NCBI GenBank assembly: GCA_010909165.1
Contig: VJWM01000025.1
Coordinates: forward strand, 372,001 to 436,000
Reading direction: 5' to 3'
Source of the DNA: Anthoceros angustus
Lineage: Eukaryota; Plantae; Anthocerotophyta
Length of the DNA: 64,000 bases
The notes under the pieces are model-generated. The model saw only the letters and a program-made list of their open reading frames with translations. It was not told the origin of the DNA and searched no databases. Positions 28,637 through 40,051 of the stretch are shown here, piece after piece. Positions within the stretch are counted from its first letter, which is position 1. Every line of letters begins with the position of its first letter. A program made the position numbers and the translations under genes.

Positions 28637-31600
28637 TTGAGTTCGGGGTTGGGGAAGGGAGAGCAGGTAGGCCAAGCATCTTGGATACCACACCCATCCC
28701 TAGGATTGAGAAGGAGGAAGAAGATGCCACAAGACAGCGGCAATTGTTTCTTGATGGGTCTGCTGTGCAGGAAGGGGATGATCAATTTGAAAGGAGCAGG
28801 AACGAGGATGGGGGTACAGATGACCATGAGCTTCCAGTTCGAGCCTTTATCACAGTCTTTGATTGAGCCAAGCCCGGTGAAGCGTAGGCAGTATCCGAGC
28901 CGGAGAATGAGGAGGACCATGAAGTTGTGCTGCATTGAGCACATACAAAACGCATGGTCCTCACATTGCTGTGGCAATGGATGTTTGCTGAAATTGGGAA
29001 AGAAGAATATAGAGAGCCTGAGATACCGCTTCTTGGGAATGCCACGAGAGCAACATGAAGTATATTTGGGAGGATTGCTTGAGGTCGAACAAGTAAACTC
29101 CACTAGCCGTAATGTGCTCAATCTTCTATCGGGAGACGTCAGGACGCAATGTTGTGTTCGAAGTTTCCGAAAAGTGTTCAGTATTGGATGGCGAAGGTAT
29201 CAACATTTAAAAAGACAGAGTCCTCACGAACACACCTTGGTCATCGGAATTGAAGTTTCAAGGATGCCCAAAGGAAGATCATGTTATCGAATGCATTGCC
29301 TGGATGGAACAGTTTTTCAAGCTTACAGCTGAACGAATGCCCAATGTTCCCATTTTCAACTTACCAGATTCATATATATACCAAAGGAGAGATTTTCCAA
29401 GACTACAAACGTGAGGTTTTAAGAACTGGTTTGAACACGATAATTTTTGAAGGGGGTGAATAATCTCGAAGGGGGTTTTCCGCAAATAATCTCTGAAGGG
29501 GGTTTTTGATGGGCCCTAAAGCAGTTTTGAAGGGGTTTTCCGCAAATAATCTCAAGGGGTTTTCCGAAAAAAGGTGTCACCCAAGAAAGTTACTACTTTC
29601 CATCCAAAGAATGTTGTGTCGAATGGTGGTCGCAACTCGAACCTAGGGAATGATGCAAAGTAGGAACGGTGAGGAAGGCCGCCTCGCCGGGACGATCAGA
29701 ACTCGCTTTGGGATGGAAATGTGGTTTTGTTATGACACCACAAAAGCCAGTGGTATTTCCTAACACGTAAACATCAAGAACCGGACTTACAACATTAACT
29801 CGGGACCCCGGAAAACGAGATTTCGCCACTCATCCCCGTAGTTCAATCCATCGTCATCACTTGGTCCACTTCTCCTCCATTGTCATCACTATCTTCGACA
29901 CTTTCACCGCAGTTGTATGAAGCCACGCAACTCGCAGAGCTTATCCCTTATCGCTTTTTGTCCACCGTGACATGATGTTTCCGCATGCTCAACACAAACC
30001 CATAATACAGATGACTGTTTCATTCACAAATACCTCAGATGTTTCCGCATGCTCAACACAAACCCATAATACAGATGACTGCTTCATCTACAAATACCTC
30101 CTGTATGTTTTTAGGTAATGGATCTTATTCCCTTTTTCCTAAGATTGGACCGATGGGTTACCACTCTGGCGGACTATGTGTTCCCGCATATCTCCTTCAT
30201 ACGCATCTATGTGCTCGGTCCGATACTAGTGGATAAGAAAGTGAGGTCGTGCGCTTAGCTTCACGTCAATGACCTCCCCAATCCGTAATGGCCTTATGCA
30301 TGTCCGTATTGCACGGCACCGCCGTAAACATCCCTCTCGGTTCCGTTATGTCCCCATTCATCCGTGCCATTTCCGCAGCTTGCCTTCCCGCATTTTGATA
30401 TGCCCCAAATACATATCACGTGGAGGTCCCTCAATAATGCCTCATCTAGCAAAGCTTCATCCGCACTTGAAGTGGTCAGTATGATCCACTTACGCGTGAA
30501 AACCACTTCCAAGGACGTGTAGCACTAGCCCAATGTTATTCTCCACAACGATAGCAATCTCCTTCCGGTCCAAGGCTTCCCACCACTTATACTCTTCAGC
30601 ATCACCTATGGACGCAAATCTTTTAACCCTTCACGCAAATGGGCCACACCTTCCATCGGTGATAGGATACGTTCCTTCTTGTCCCCCTAGCTTCACCCGT
30701 ATGCACCGTAGGATGGTGCTAAGGGAGGCGCGGCCGGCGCCCTCCCCAGCTGTCTGCTCATGGGCGCGGCCGGCGCCCTCCCCTAACACCACCATGGGCG
30801 CCGGCCGGCCGGCCTCCCCTAACACCTGCCCATGGGCGCGGCCGGCCTCCCCTAACACACCACCCATGGGCGCCGGCCGGCCGCCCTCCCCTAACACACC
30901 ACCCATGGGCGCCGGCCGCGCCCTCCCCTAACACCACCTGCCCATGGGCGGGCCGCGCCCTCCCTAGCACACCACCCATGGCGCCGGCCGGCCGGCCGCG
31001 CCCCTAGCACACCATGGGCGGCCGTGGCCCCACCTGCCTGCCCATGGGCGCCGGCGCCTCCCCACCTGCCCTACCCATGGGCGTGGCCGGCCGCCCTCCT
31101 CTGTCTTCAAAATAAATATTTAGCGCCTCAAGGTATCAACCATGGACTGTTGGTCTAGTGTTTGGGAAATAAGTGTAGTAATGAATAGGTTTGTGTTCAA
31201 ACCTCGTGCCTCCTCAGTTCAATTTTGTTGATTTTAAGGATGCTTGCATGGGCGCATGGGCAACTAACTTTGTTCATTTTAAGGACGTTGGCATTGCCTT
31301 AAAGCCCAAGTGGTTGCATTGAGTGCGGTTGAAGACCACGATCGGCGACCTTTTGGATGAGGTCGTGAGACCCTAGATCTTTGTGGCGATCGACACCGTG
31401 ACTGGGCCCAAGAATGATACTATTGAAGGCGAGCAAGCAATGGAGGAGAGCGACAACGAGGCGGAGGATATGGACCGCCTCGAATATGGCGGTGGTACTT
31501 GACTCGGTTTGGCGCAAGGCATGGATGAGTCGCCGGCCGCACTCTTGAATGGCTATTGTCGATCTTGATGACCACTTCCTCCTTGATTGTTTGTTGCAAT

Positions 31601-32090
31601 GTTCTCACGACCACTTAAATGAGACTCCCGCTAATGCAGATTGTTTTCATTGTGTTCCACCACTTGAAAGTAAAAGTTTTCGGTTGTAATAAACATATGA
31701 AAATGGCAGCCCTCTATGCATTCTACTAAAGCATAAGCGGGCCCACACCCTCATGCTCCGGTTCTCGGTGTAGACTTGAAAGTGCATCTTTTATCAAAGA
31801 TATGACCTCGGAAAGGGTGTGTGCATTATCAAAGTAGGGCACATATGCTGTTCTAGGTAAGGTGTTCTTCGTGACAAGGGGGTGCTGTCTCGGCCGAAGG
31901 GGGTCAGTATATCCCCCCCTTCAAAAATTATCGTGTTTTTGACTAACGTCTCTCACTCTCACTTCTGTGCATTATGGAAGAAACATTTCCCCAAAGTGAA
32001 GATACAAAAGTGTAGCTGTTTTTCAAAATGCGTCCAGTGTGAAACTTTGAAGACAGCCATTAAGATGACCAGCAATCGACTCGAACAAGG
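28637..32090 (+). mobile_element. Sola/DUF7869-like DNA transposase remnant (N-terminal half), interrupted by TIR element copy B
   Basis: CC.NGCL, CVRSFRKVFSIG, AWMEQFF..AERMPN..LP, and after the insertion SHSHFCALWKKHFPKVKIQKCSCFSKCVQC. Excision restores RTGL|TNVSHSHF in frame. Family assignment is from recalled motif pattern. Confidence 0.55.
29434..31937 (-). mobile_element. Non-autonomous DNA transposon copy B (2504 bp), same TIRs, 4-bp TSD TTTG, inverted relative to copy A
   Basis: AACACGATAATTTTTGAAGGGG at 29434 and its reverse complement ending at 31937; TTTG at 29430-29433 and 31938-31941; interior is the reverse complement of copy A. Confidence 0.9.
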
Positions 32091-32479
32091 TACTTATGTT
32101 TCCAAGTTTTTTATTTGGCTTCTATGGGTTTGAGTACGCGCCTCGATACAGCCACCGTCGCGCACTACAACTGAGCAGTGTTGGGTCGCGATACTCGATA
32201 ATAAAAACTAGGCCCCACGGAATACAAAATCATAGAGAACCACACAAAATTATGGAACTACGGACATGCAGAAATAATGGAACAAAGAGGTCACTGACCC
32301 TTCATCACGCCTACTGAATCGCCATGAACCAAATTATAAGCCGCTAGCTCGGTGTAAATGACTTGACAGGAAGTGGCATCGTAGCTGTCAATGCCACAAA
32401 CCGATGGATTAACACCTTCAAAAAACAATAAAAACTAAACCAATTTGAGTTTCGGCGAGATTGCGTTGAGATTTCTACC

Positions 32480-34900
32480 AAAACCCCTTTTGACAGAAGA
32501 AACCTCTTTCTACCCAGACGCTATTATATGCTGATCTCTCTGAGTCTAGTTTAGAGTTTTTCCCTGCTACAGACATCCTTCTCGTGGGAGACTTCAATGC
32601 TTGGACTGCTTGTTAACAGGCCGCCATTTTTTATGCTTCGGATTTTGACAAGATTTTTCCTCTCGACCCCGTTAACCTTGGCCTCAACGGGACCTCCTCC
32701 CACTCCCATCCTATGAACCCCTATGGCGCTGCTCTTTTGCACCTTGTTGAGTCTCACAACATGGTCGTCTTCAACGGACTTCCCTGCTGGCCGGACAGTT
32801 CGGGTAATTCATTTTTCAGCAACGTCGGTCTCTCCTCTAGCAGGTTAGACTATGTCATTGGTGATGTCTAGCTTCTTTCCCGTATCTCCAACGTGAGGAC
32901 CATCGATTCCGTTTGTGTGGAGTTTGATCATGTTGCTGGCTGTTTTGATCTCCGTACCTTTTCCGCTACCCCTCCTCCCCTTCATTCCATAAATGGTCTC
33001 TCAAGCAAATTTACCTTCTCCCATGAACTTGTTCCCCAATTCTCTTACATGCTCCATTCCTCCCTAGCTTCCATCCCCCCAACCTCCCCTTTCTTTCTCG
33101 GGCCGCTGCTTCCTCCTCCTCTGTTGTTCTCTCTTCTGCCCACTCTACTTTTCCTTTTAAATTCTACCACAAAATCAAGCCCCGTGTCATCCTTGGTTTC
33201 ATGTCGACTGTAAGCGCATGCGCTCTCAATTACGTCTTACCTTGCGCCACCTTCACCTCCCCTCTGGGTCTCATCATTCCCCCTCTACAAAGCCAATGTC
33301 AAACCCTATAACCCTTTCCTTTCCATGAAAAAGTCTCAATTCCTCCAACTTGAACACATTCGTCTTACTTCCCTTCTCCGGTCGTCTCATGGTGGCTCTG
33401 CCTTTTGGAAGGAATTCCATACGCGCTCCCCCATCCTGCTCAAAGGTGACTCTGAGCTGCTCTCCTCATTCATAGTCTTTACCATATCCCCTCTGCCCTC
33501 CCAACCCCCATTTCCTCTGATCCCGGCCTCAGGTTTTTCAATGCCCATCTCGTGGCTCGTGCCATCTGGAAATTGAGAAGTGGTACCGAATCGAACCTTG
33601 CGGGCATTCTTGGGGATTTATTCCATTTTGCTGATCTTGTCTCCCTTTCTTCTCATCTTGCCGCTCTATTTAATGACGCCCTGTCTCATGGTTTCCCTGC
33701 CTCCTGGTGTGAGAATGATATCCAATCCATTCTTAAAGCAGGCGACCCCCACCTTCCTTCTAACTACAGGTTTATTAATGTGGAGTCTATTTATGCAAAG
33801 ATTTTCAGCTCTTGCTTGGAGATTCTCAATACCTCTCGGGGCGAGGAGGTTAAGGTGCGTGCCCATGATCAAACTGGTTTCCGCCCTGGCCGGAATACTT
33901 TGGACAATATTTTTACCCTTCGGGCTATTATTGATGAGGCTCGGCATAGGAAGAATCATGTCTACTGCTACTTTGTGGACTTTGAGCGCCCTTCCAACTC
34001 TATGCCTTGGGACAAGCTATTTGACAGGCTGAAATCTCTAGAGATACCCCCCATTTGTGGCATGCCTTTACTCTCCTCTATAGCTGGATTTATGCTCACA
34101 TCCAAACTCCCCATGGTTTGTCTACTCACTAGATTCCCATTTAGCTTGGCGTTCGTGAGGGTGATTCTTTGTCTCCAAATCTTTTTGGGTTGCACATTAA
34201 CGAGATTGAAGAATGGCTTCTGTCATATGGTGATCCTGGTGCTCGCCCGTTCCTCGAAAGTATCCCTATCCTTTTATATGCCGATGATATTGTGCTTTTT
34301 TCGATTCCCCGGAAGGCTTACAGCGGGAACTCGACGTGCTTTCTAGTTTTTGTAAAGCCAAGGGTCTCATTGTCAATCTGTGCAAGACCAAGATCATGCG
34401 ATTTAACTCTAAGGATTACAAGGGTGATTGCGTATTCTATTATGATGGTCAAGAGGTGGAGATGGTCCGCTCCTGTACGTACCTAGGTGTTACAATTTTT
34501 GGTACGAATTTCAATTGGACTTTTTCTGCCTCTTCCCATGCCACCAAGGGGATGGGTGCTACTACTGCTCTGCACCGGGCTTTATACAGGATCGATATTC
34601 AGGATATTCAGGATATTCAGGATATTCAGGATATTCAGGATATTCAGGATATTCAGGATATTCAGGATATTCAGGATATTCAAGATATTCAGGATATTCA
34701 GGATATTCAGGATATTCAGGATATTCAGGATATTCAAGATATTCAGGATATTCAGGATATTCAGGATATCATGATATCTTGGGCTAAGGTGGAAAATGTG
34801 CAAACCTCCTTTCTCCGTGCTCGCATTGCTTGTAAGCGTTTGACCCCCTTACCTATCCTCCTTTCTGAATTTGAATATTGGGAAAGGTGGCCTGCAGCAG
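32480..34900 (+). mobile_element. Degenerate LINE (non-LTR retrotransposon): AP endonuclease plus reverse transcriptase
   Basis: LLVGDFNA, NPYG..LL, RLDYVI; ILKAGDPHLPSNYR, QTGFRPGRNTLDNIFTL, FVDFE, LSPNLF, ILLYADDIVL, GLIVN..KTKIM, YLGV; multiple frameshifts. Confidence 0.9.
34594..34769. repeat. (GATATTCAG)19 microsatellite inside the LINE
   Basis: Directly visible; two CAA variants. Confidence 0.97.
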
Positions 34901-35440
34901 GGTCACCCAAGGGAGGTTGTATGTAGAAGGCCTCCTATAAGAGGAGGAGGATTTCACAAAGTAAAGTATCACGTCTTGCGCTTCCATACTCGCGAGTCCT
35001 TTGCCCTTGCTGCCTTCCCCCTTGAACTTAATGGCCTCTTTCGCCTCTCTTGTTTCCTTTACCGCCTCCTCCTCCTTGACATTGTTAACCGTTCCCTTTC
35101 CATATCTATGGCCCCAACAAAGGCCATAGATATGGACTATAAAGCATCCATTTTTGGACTGAATGCTTGTTTGGAGATTCTTGCTTTTTTGGACAGAATG
35201 CCTGCAGGCCTGTGGCAAAAATTGCATTACAGTGAATATTACATCAAGCATTGTGTGAAACATTTTTGGCTTCTATGTTAAAATGTGGTTGCCCATTTCT
35301 TCAGTTTGAAGCCCAGCTTCTTTTCATATCTTTGTGAGCCGGCACAACCTATGATGGTGACTCACAATGTGGAAGGATTTTACTGCTTACCAAATAAAGT
35401 TTTGCCAATCGATAAACAAGTGGTTGTGGCTTTACGAAAA

Positions 35441-35770
35441 ATTGCCACAGGAGACAGTTACTTCAACCTATGGGAATGTTATTTGCCACATGAGACACTT
35501 ACTTCAGCCTAGGGGAATGTTATTGGTCATAGGAGATAATTACTTCAGCCTAGGGGAATATTATTTGCCACATGAGACAATTACTTCAGCCTAGGGGAAT
35601 GTTATTTACCACAGGAGACAGGTTACTTCAGCCTAGGGGAATGTTAGTTGCCACATGAAAAAATTACTTCAACCTAGGGGAATGCTATTTGCCACAGGAA
35701 ATAATTACTTTAATCTAGGGGAATGTTATTTGCCACAGGTTACAGTTACTTCAGCCTAGGGGAATGTTTT
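35441..35770. repeat. About 41-bp tandem repeat x8 (TTACTTCAGCCTAGGGGAATGTTATTTGCCACAGGAGACAA)
   Basis: Head-to-tail diverged units without spacers. Confidence 0.9.
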
Positions 35771-36318
35771 AGTACAGGAACCGCCGGAGGGCTACCATGC
35801 GACAATTCTTCATCGGGTCGGCACTCGTGTTTCTTCACAGGGTCGGCAGTCATGGCGATTAGCCGCTGCAGGTGGAGAATTGAAATTCATGGACGGGAAA
35901 TACATTCCGCAGTGAAGCTAGAACACGACGAGGATGAAAGCCACAGGGCAAACCAAAGAAGCACGTCTGACCGGCTAAACCACAATCCCGACCCGAGACT
36001 CTACAGACACCACTATAGACCAGGCTCCGTGGGACGGGGAGCCCGGCCCCGTGCACCAATCTTAGGTTCACCTTCACTTCCCGATCTGTAGCGTAGTGAT
36101 GCCCGGGCTCAAGCGAAACCGGCCTCAGTGTTACATAGCTCAACCACGGGAGCAACATGCGGGTACCGGCAAACATTCCTTGACAGAGCTGAGCCTGTTG
36201 GCGGCCAAAGGGGAGCCTTTATGTTTTTGTGAAGGCAAGTCTTCACTCTGACACCGCTGCCAAATCAGCATCTCTTCTCCTAACCTTTGAGGCACACCAG
36301 AGCGCAGGCCAATGCTGA

Positions 36319-39210
36319 TCAATGCCGATCTCTGCACGAGCAAGAGCCGTTCAGAAAACGGTGTACCCGATGTGCATCTCTGACGATGATCTCTCGCTGC
36401 TCCAGCCGTGACATGATCTTGGTACTACTGTGACAGTCATTGCACATACGAAGATTCTTGGTGACCAGTAGAGTTGAGCCGTCGGGAGTGTTCAGCAGCC
36501 CATACGCCAAGGCAAGCTTTTCCGCATGTCCACACAATGCATCTTGCTTTTCTTGCTCGGACATGAACTTGAGCACCAACTCGGTTTGCGGCACATGCCC
36601 TCCTTCTTCCTTCAGCCTCGTATTCACACTCTTCACCTTCCATGATATGTCTGACCTCTCTTCCCCAACTGTGAACTCGTGTACCTTCCTCTGCACTTCA
36701 ATGTATGCCTTTGCAGGCTTCTTCCAGGCACCTGCAGACTTTCTCAGTCGTTCTATGTTATCCACATCCTTCCACCTGCTGGCATTCGCATAAATGCTCC
36801 CCAACAACACATAGTAGCTTGCATTAGCTGGGTCCAAAGAAATGAGATGGTCAAAACATCTTTTCCCACGCTCCGCATCATTATGGCTCTTGCAGGCACT
36901 CAGCAAAGATGTCCACCCCACCACATGCTCCGGAAATGGCATGGTTTGCAGGAGATGTTCTGCCTCATCAAGACGCCCTGACCGTGCAAGAAGATCCACG
37001 ATGCAACCGTAGTGATTATCAGTTGGGTCCATGCCATAATCCTCCACCATCATCTTAAACACCTGCTGGCCCTCATCCACCAGCCCTGCATGACTGCATG
37101 CCACAAGAAGGCAGGTGAAGGTAGTCTCATCAGGCTTCACACCTTGCTGATGCATCTCTTCAAAGCACTTAATGGCCGTTTGTCCGTCACCATGTTCAGC
37201 AAAGCCATTGAGCAAACCACTCCACGTTACCACATCCCTGACAGGCATTCTGTTGAAAACTTGCCGAGCCTCATCCATGCTCCCACATTTAGCATACATG
37301 TGGACAAGACTATTGGCAACACACACATCATTGTCCAAGCCTCTTTCCCGGGCCTCTACATGGAGCTCTTTCCCCTGATGTAAGGCTCCTATGGTGGCAC
37401 ATGCTTGAAGGAGGCACACAATTGTAACATGATTCGCCAATGTGATTCCCTGCTGCTGCATTTGTGCATAGACAGAGAGGGCTTCTTGAGCAAAGCCTTG
37501 CTGTGCGTATCCTGCAATCATGGAAGTCCATGTCACCACATCTTTTGTGAGCAATCGGTCAAACACCCTGCGAGCGTCCTCCAAGCTGCCACATTTTGCG
37601 TACATGTCAACGAGACAGTTGCCAACTTGCACGTCCGCTTCCAGGCCCAGTTGACGAACCTGTGCATGAAGCTCCTTCCCCTCAAGCAGCAGACGCATGC
37701 TGGCACATGCTTGAAGCAAGCACACAAAGGTGACAGGACTGTCAGGACTGATGCCTTCCAGTTGCATACTTGAGTGCAGCGCAAGGGCTTCTTGGAAATG
37801 TCCTTGCTGTGCATATCCTGACAACATGGCCGTCCATGTAACCACATCTCTTCTGGGCAATCTGTCAAACACTCTCCGCGCATGCTCTAAGCTGCCGCAC
37901 TTAGCATACATGTTCACCAGGCTACTGCCTACAGAAGCATCAGCCTCCAGGCCTCTCTTACGAATCTGTGCATGAAGCTGCTCCCCCTGATGCAGGACTC
38001 TCATGCTGGCACATGCTTTGAGAAGACACACAAAAGTGACGTTGTCAGCTGGAAACATACCTTCCTGCTCCATGGTTGCATACAAGGCCAGAGCTTCTCC
38101 ACCAAGCCCCTGCTCTGTATATGCTGCAATCATGGTTGTCCATGTCACGATAGTTCTGGTGGGCAAACTGTCAAACACGTTGCGAGCATCTCGTACGCTC
38201 CCACATTTTGCATACATATGCACAAGGCTGTTGCCAACAAAAGTATTGGCCTTGACAGCACTGGCCAAGACATCCGCATGGACATCCTTGCCCGAAACCA
38301 GATCCCCAGCAGTGGCACACGCTTTGAGCACAGCCACAAAGATATGGTTGTCTGGCTTGACACTAGACTGACGCATCTGTCTATACAGTCTTATGGCTTC
38401 TGTGGGCTGCCCGTGTCGGGCATATGCCAAAATGATGGAAGACCACATGTAAGCGTTTGGTGAAGTGACTTTGGACAAGACCTGCAGTGCATCCTCCAAT
38501 CTCTCATGAGAAGCATACATAGCTATGACATGGTTGGCTAGGAAGGCGTTTGTCTCGTACCCACTAGTGACTGCTAGCGCATGTACTCGCCTACCTAGAA
38601 CCAGATTTTTTTGCACCGTACACCTCTTCAGGACACGATAGAAGAGAGAAACGGAAACATTGCATCCTCGCTTAACTAGAGAATCCAAGGCCTCAACCGC
38701 CTCTATCAGATTTCCCTCGTCAGAACTCTTGCTCAAGGCCTGACATACTGCATCTTCTCGATCCTTGGCCTGGTTGCAGGGGTGAGCGTTTCCAGAGGTA
38801 GATTCAGTGAATAGGGAGGCCGTAGGAGGTGTGGCTCGCCTCCTCCCAGAATCCCACCTGGCCAGTTGCGAGTCCACCCACTCAGGCTTGTCACAGTTGT
38901 TTAGCCACAGGCCCTCCTTGGAAGTCTTGTGCCTGAAATCTGGATACACGGAGCTTTCCTTTCCAGCCCTGTTGTCCCACCACTGCGTGGGATCCAAGAA
39001 CAAATCTTGCCACAAGACCTCCTGAACCTCCAAACCTGCTCGCTTGCCAGGTTGGCAGCAAGACCCACGGCTAACACCCCTCCTGGGCAAACCATGCTTG
39101 GCAGATACCACATGATGCGAGTGGTAATGCGCAGAGCTTGGCTGCATCACTGCATTCCTTGAATCCGATATTGCCAAGCCTAGCAATGGCGGCTGCAGCG
39201 GCACGGCCAT
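36319..39210 (-). CDS. 963-aa intronless PLS-PPR-E1-E2-DYW:KP(DRH) protein with predicted transit peptide and an N-terminal OSB-type PDF motif
   Basis: About 17 P/L/S repeats; KKPAKAYIEV, CGHAEKLA, CNDCH, CSCRDRH; residues 66-116 LWQDLFLDPTQWWDNRAGKESSVYPDFRHKTSKEGLWLNNCDKPEWVDSQL. Confidence 0.95.
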   Translation of the reverse strand: MAVPLQPPLLGLAISDSRNAVMQPSSAHYHSHHVVSAKHGLPRRGVSRGSCCQPGKRAGLEVQEVLWQDLFLDPTQWWDNRAGKESSVYPDFRHKTSKEGLWLNNCDKPEWVDSQLARWDSGRRRATPPTASLFTESTSGNAHPCNQAKDREDAVCQALSKSSDEGNLIEAVEALDSLVKRGCNVSVSLFYRVLKRCTVQKNLVLGRRVHALAVTSGYETNAFLANHVIAMYASHERLEDALQVLSKVTSPNAYMWSSIILAYARHGQPTEAIRLYRQMRQSSVKPDNHIFVAVLKACATAGDLVSGKDVHADVLASAVKANTFVGNSLVHMYAKCGSVRDARNVFDSLPTRTIVTWTTMIAAYTEQGLGGEALALYATMEQEGMFPADNVTFVCLLKACASMRVLHQGEQLHAQIRKRGLEADASVGSSLVNMYAKCGSLEHARRVFDRLPRRDVVTWTAMLSGYAQQGHFQEALALHSSMQLEGISPDSPVTFVCLLQACASMRLLLEGKELHAQVRQLGLEADVQVGNCLVDMYAKCGSLEDARRVFDRLLTKDVVTWTSMIAGYAQQGFAQEALSVYAQMQQQGITLANHVTIVCLLQACATIGALHQGKELHVEARERGLDNDVCVANSLVHMYAKCGSMDEARQVFNRMPVRDVVTWSGLLNGFAEHGDGQTAIKCFEEMHQQGVKPDETTFTCLLVACSHAGLVDEGQQVFKMMVEDYGMDPTDNHYGCIVDLLARSGRLDEAEHLLQTMPFPEHVVGWTSLLSACKSHNDAERGKRCFDHLISLDPANASYYVLLGSIYANASRWKDVDNIERLRKSAGAWKKPAKAYIEVQRKVHEFTVGEERSDISWKVKSVNTRLKEEGGHVPQTELVLKFMSEQEKQDALCGHAEKLALAYGLLNTPDGSTLLVTKNLRMCNDCHSSTKIMSRLEQREIIVRDAHRVHRFLNGSCSCRDRH

Positions 39211-39224
39211 CTCTTCCGCCTAAT

Positions 39225-39738
39225 CTAAACTGCAGCAGGGGACGCATCGGCGGCTGGCCGTGGCTTCTTGGCCTTCACTTCGGGCTCTGCGATCCATGCA
39301 TGGAAACGAGCAGCACATGAGCAAGCAAGGTCCATGGAAAATGAGACCAACAGTGGAAGGAAAGTGGCGAAGGGTCTCACTTGTGATGATAGCTCTGGGC
39401 CTGGACTTGAACAGAATCTTGTGTCTAATGATTCCCACGATGTTGAGTTGGGGGAAGCCATCGATGTCCATGGCATGAGCATCTGCATCACCAGCAGCAG
39501 CAGCAGGAGGCTGATCCAGAACCAACAGAGGCTTCCTCAGGGCAATCCGGCTGCCTTCCAGCTCATGGTAGCCCACAGTGAAGACAAACTTGTCTTGCCC
39601 TTTGCGGCACAGGGAGCCGATGTTCAGGTCGTGCAGATCGGCATTGTTCTGGATTTCCAACGACCCCTGCAGCTCCACGATGGCCCATTCCTTGCAAGAA
39701 TCAGCCGCGCCGCACTCGCACCTCACACGTATCTGCAT
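39225..39738 (-). CDS. CTF8: Chromosome transmission fidelity protein 8 (Ctf18-RFC subunit), 2 exons: 39738-39381 and 39286-39225
   Basis: MQIRVRCECG..EWAIVELQG..IGSL..FTVGYHELEGS...L.KPLLVL..VGIIRHKILFKSRPRAI; GTGAG..GCAG intron at 39380-39287. Confidence 0.88.
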
Positions 39739-40051
39739 CCTCGGCCGTTGCCCGGGCTGGCGAGAAGGTGCCCAAATCGGAAAGTGATGGCGGAAGCAAC
39801 AGCAGCCCACAAACCCGTACCGGTGGGTGAGACAGGCGACAAGAGCGAGGAGGCGGGCGAGCCACCCCAGGCTCCAGGCGCATGCATGCAACTACTCCCA
39901 CCTGCCAGCAAACAGTCCCAGCAGACGCAGCCTCAGGATGGCCGTCAAGCTTGTCACCACCTGCACCTCTCGAGCCTTACTTTAGGCCCCGCCTCGGAAG
40001 GTCTCACATCCCCCTTGCTGCTTCCTTTCTACCTTCCCCTGCCTTCCAGCC

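Noticed and set aside
35441-35770. CRISPR-like array (also considered for 3117-3314 and 61375-61700)
   Set aside because: Units are head-to-tail with no unique spacers, there are no cas genes, and the context is eukaryotic.
39220-39891. 223-aa unspliced CTF8 ORF or a CTF8-PPR read-through fusion
   Set aside because: Similarity starts at MQIRV (39738), a GT-AG intron follows the conserved end, and a TAG at 39220-39222 blocks read-through into the PPR frame.
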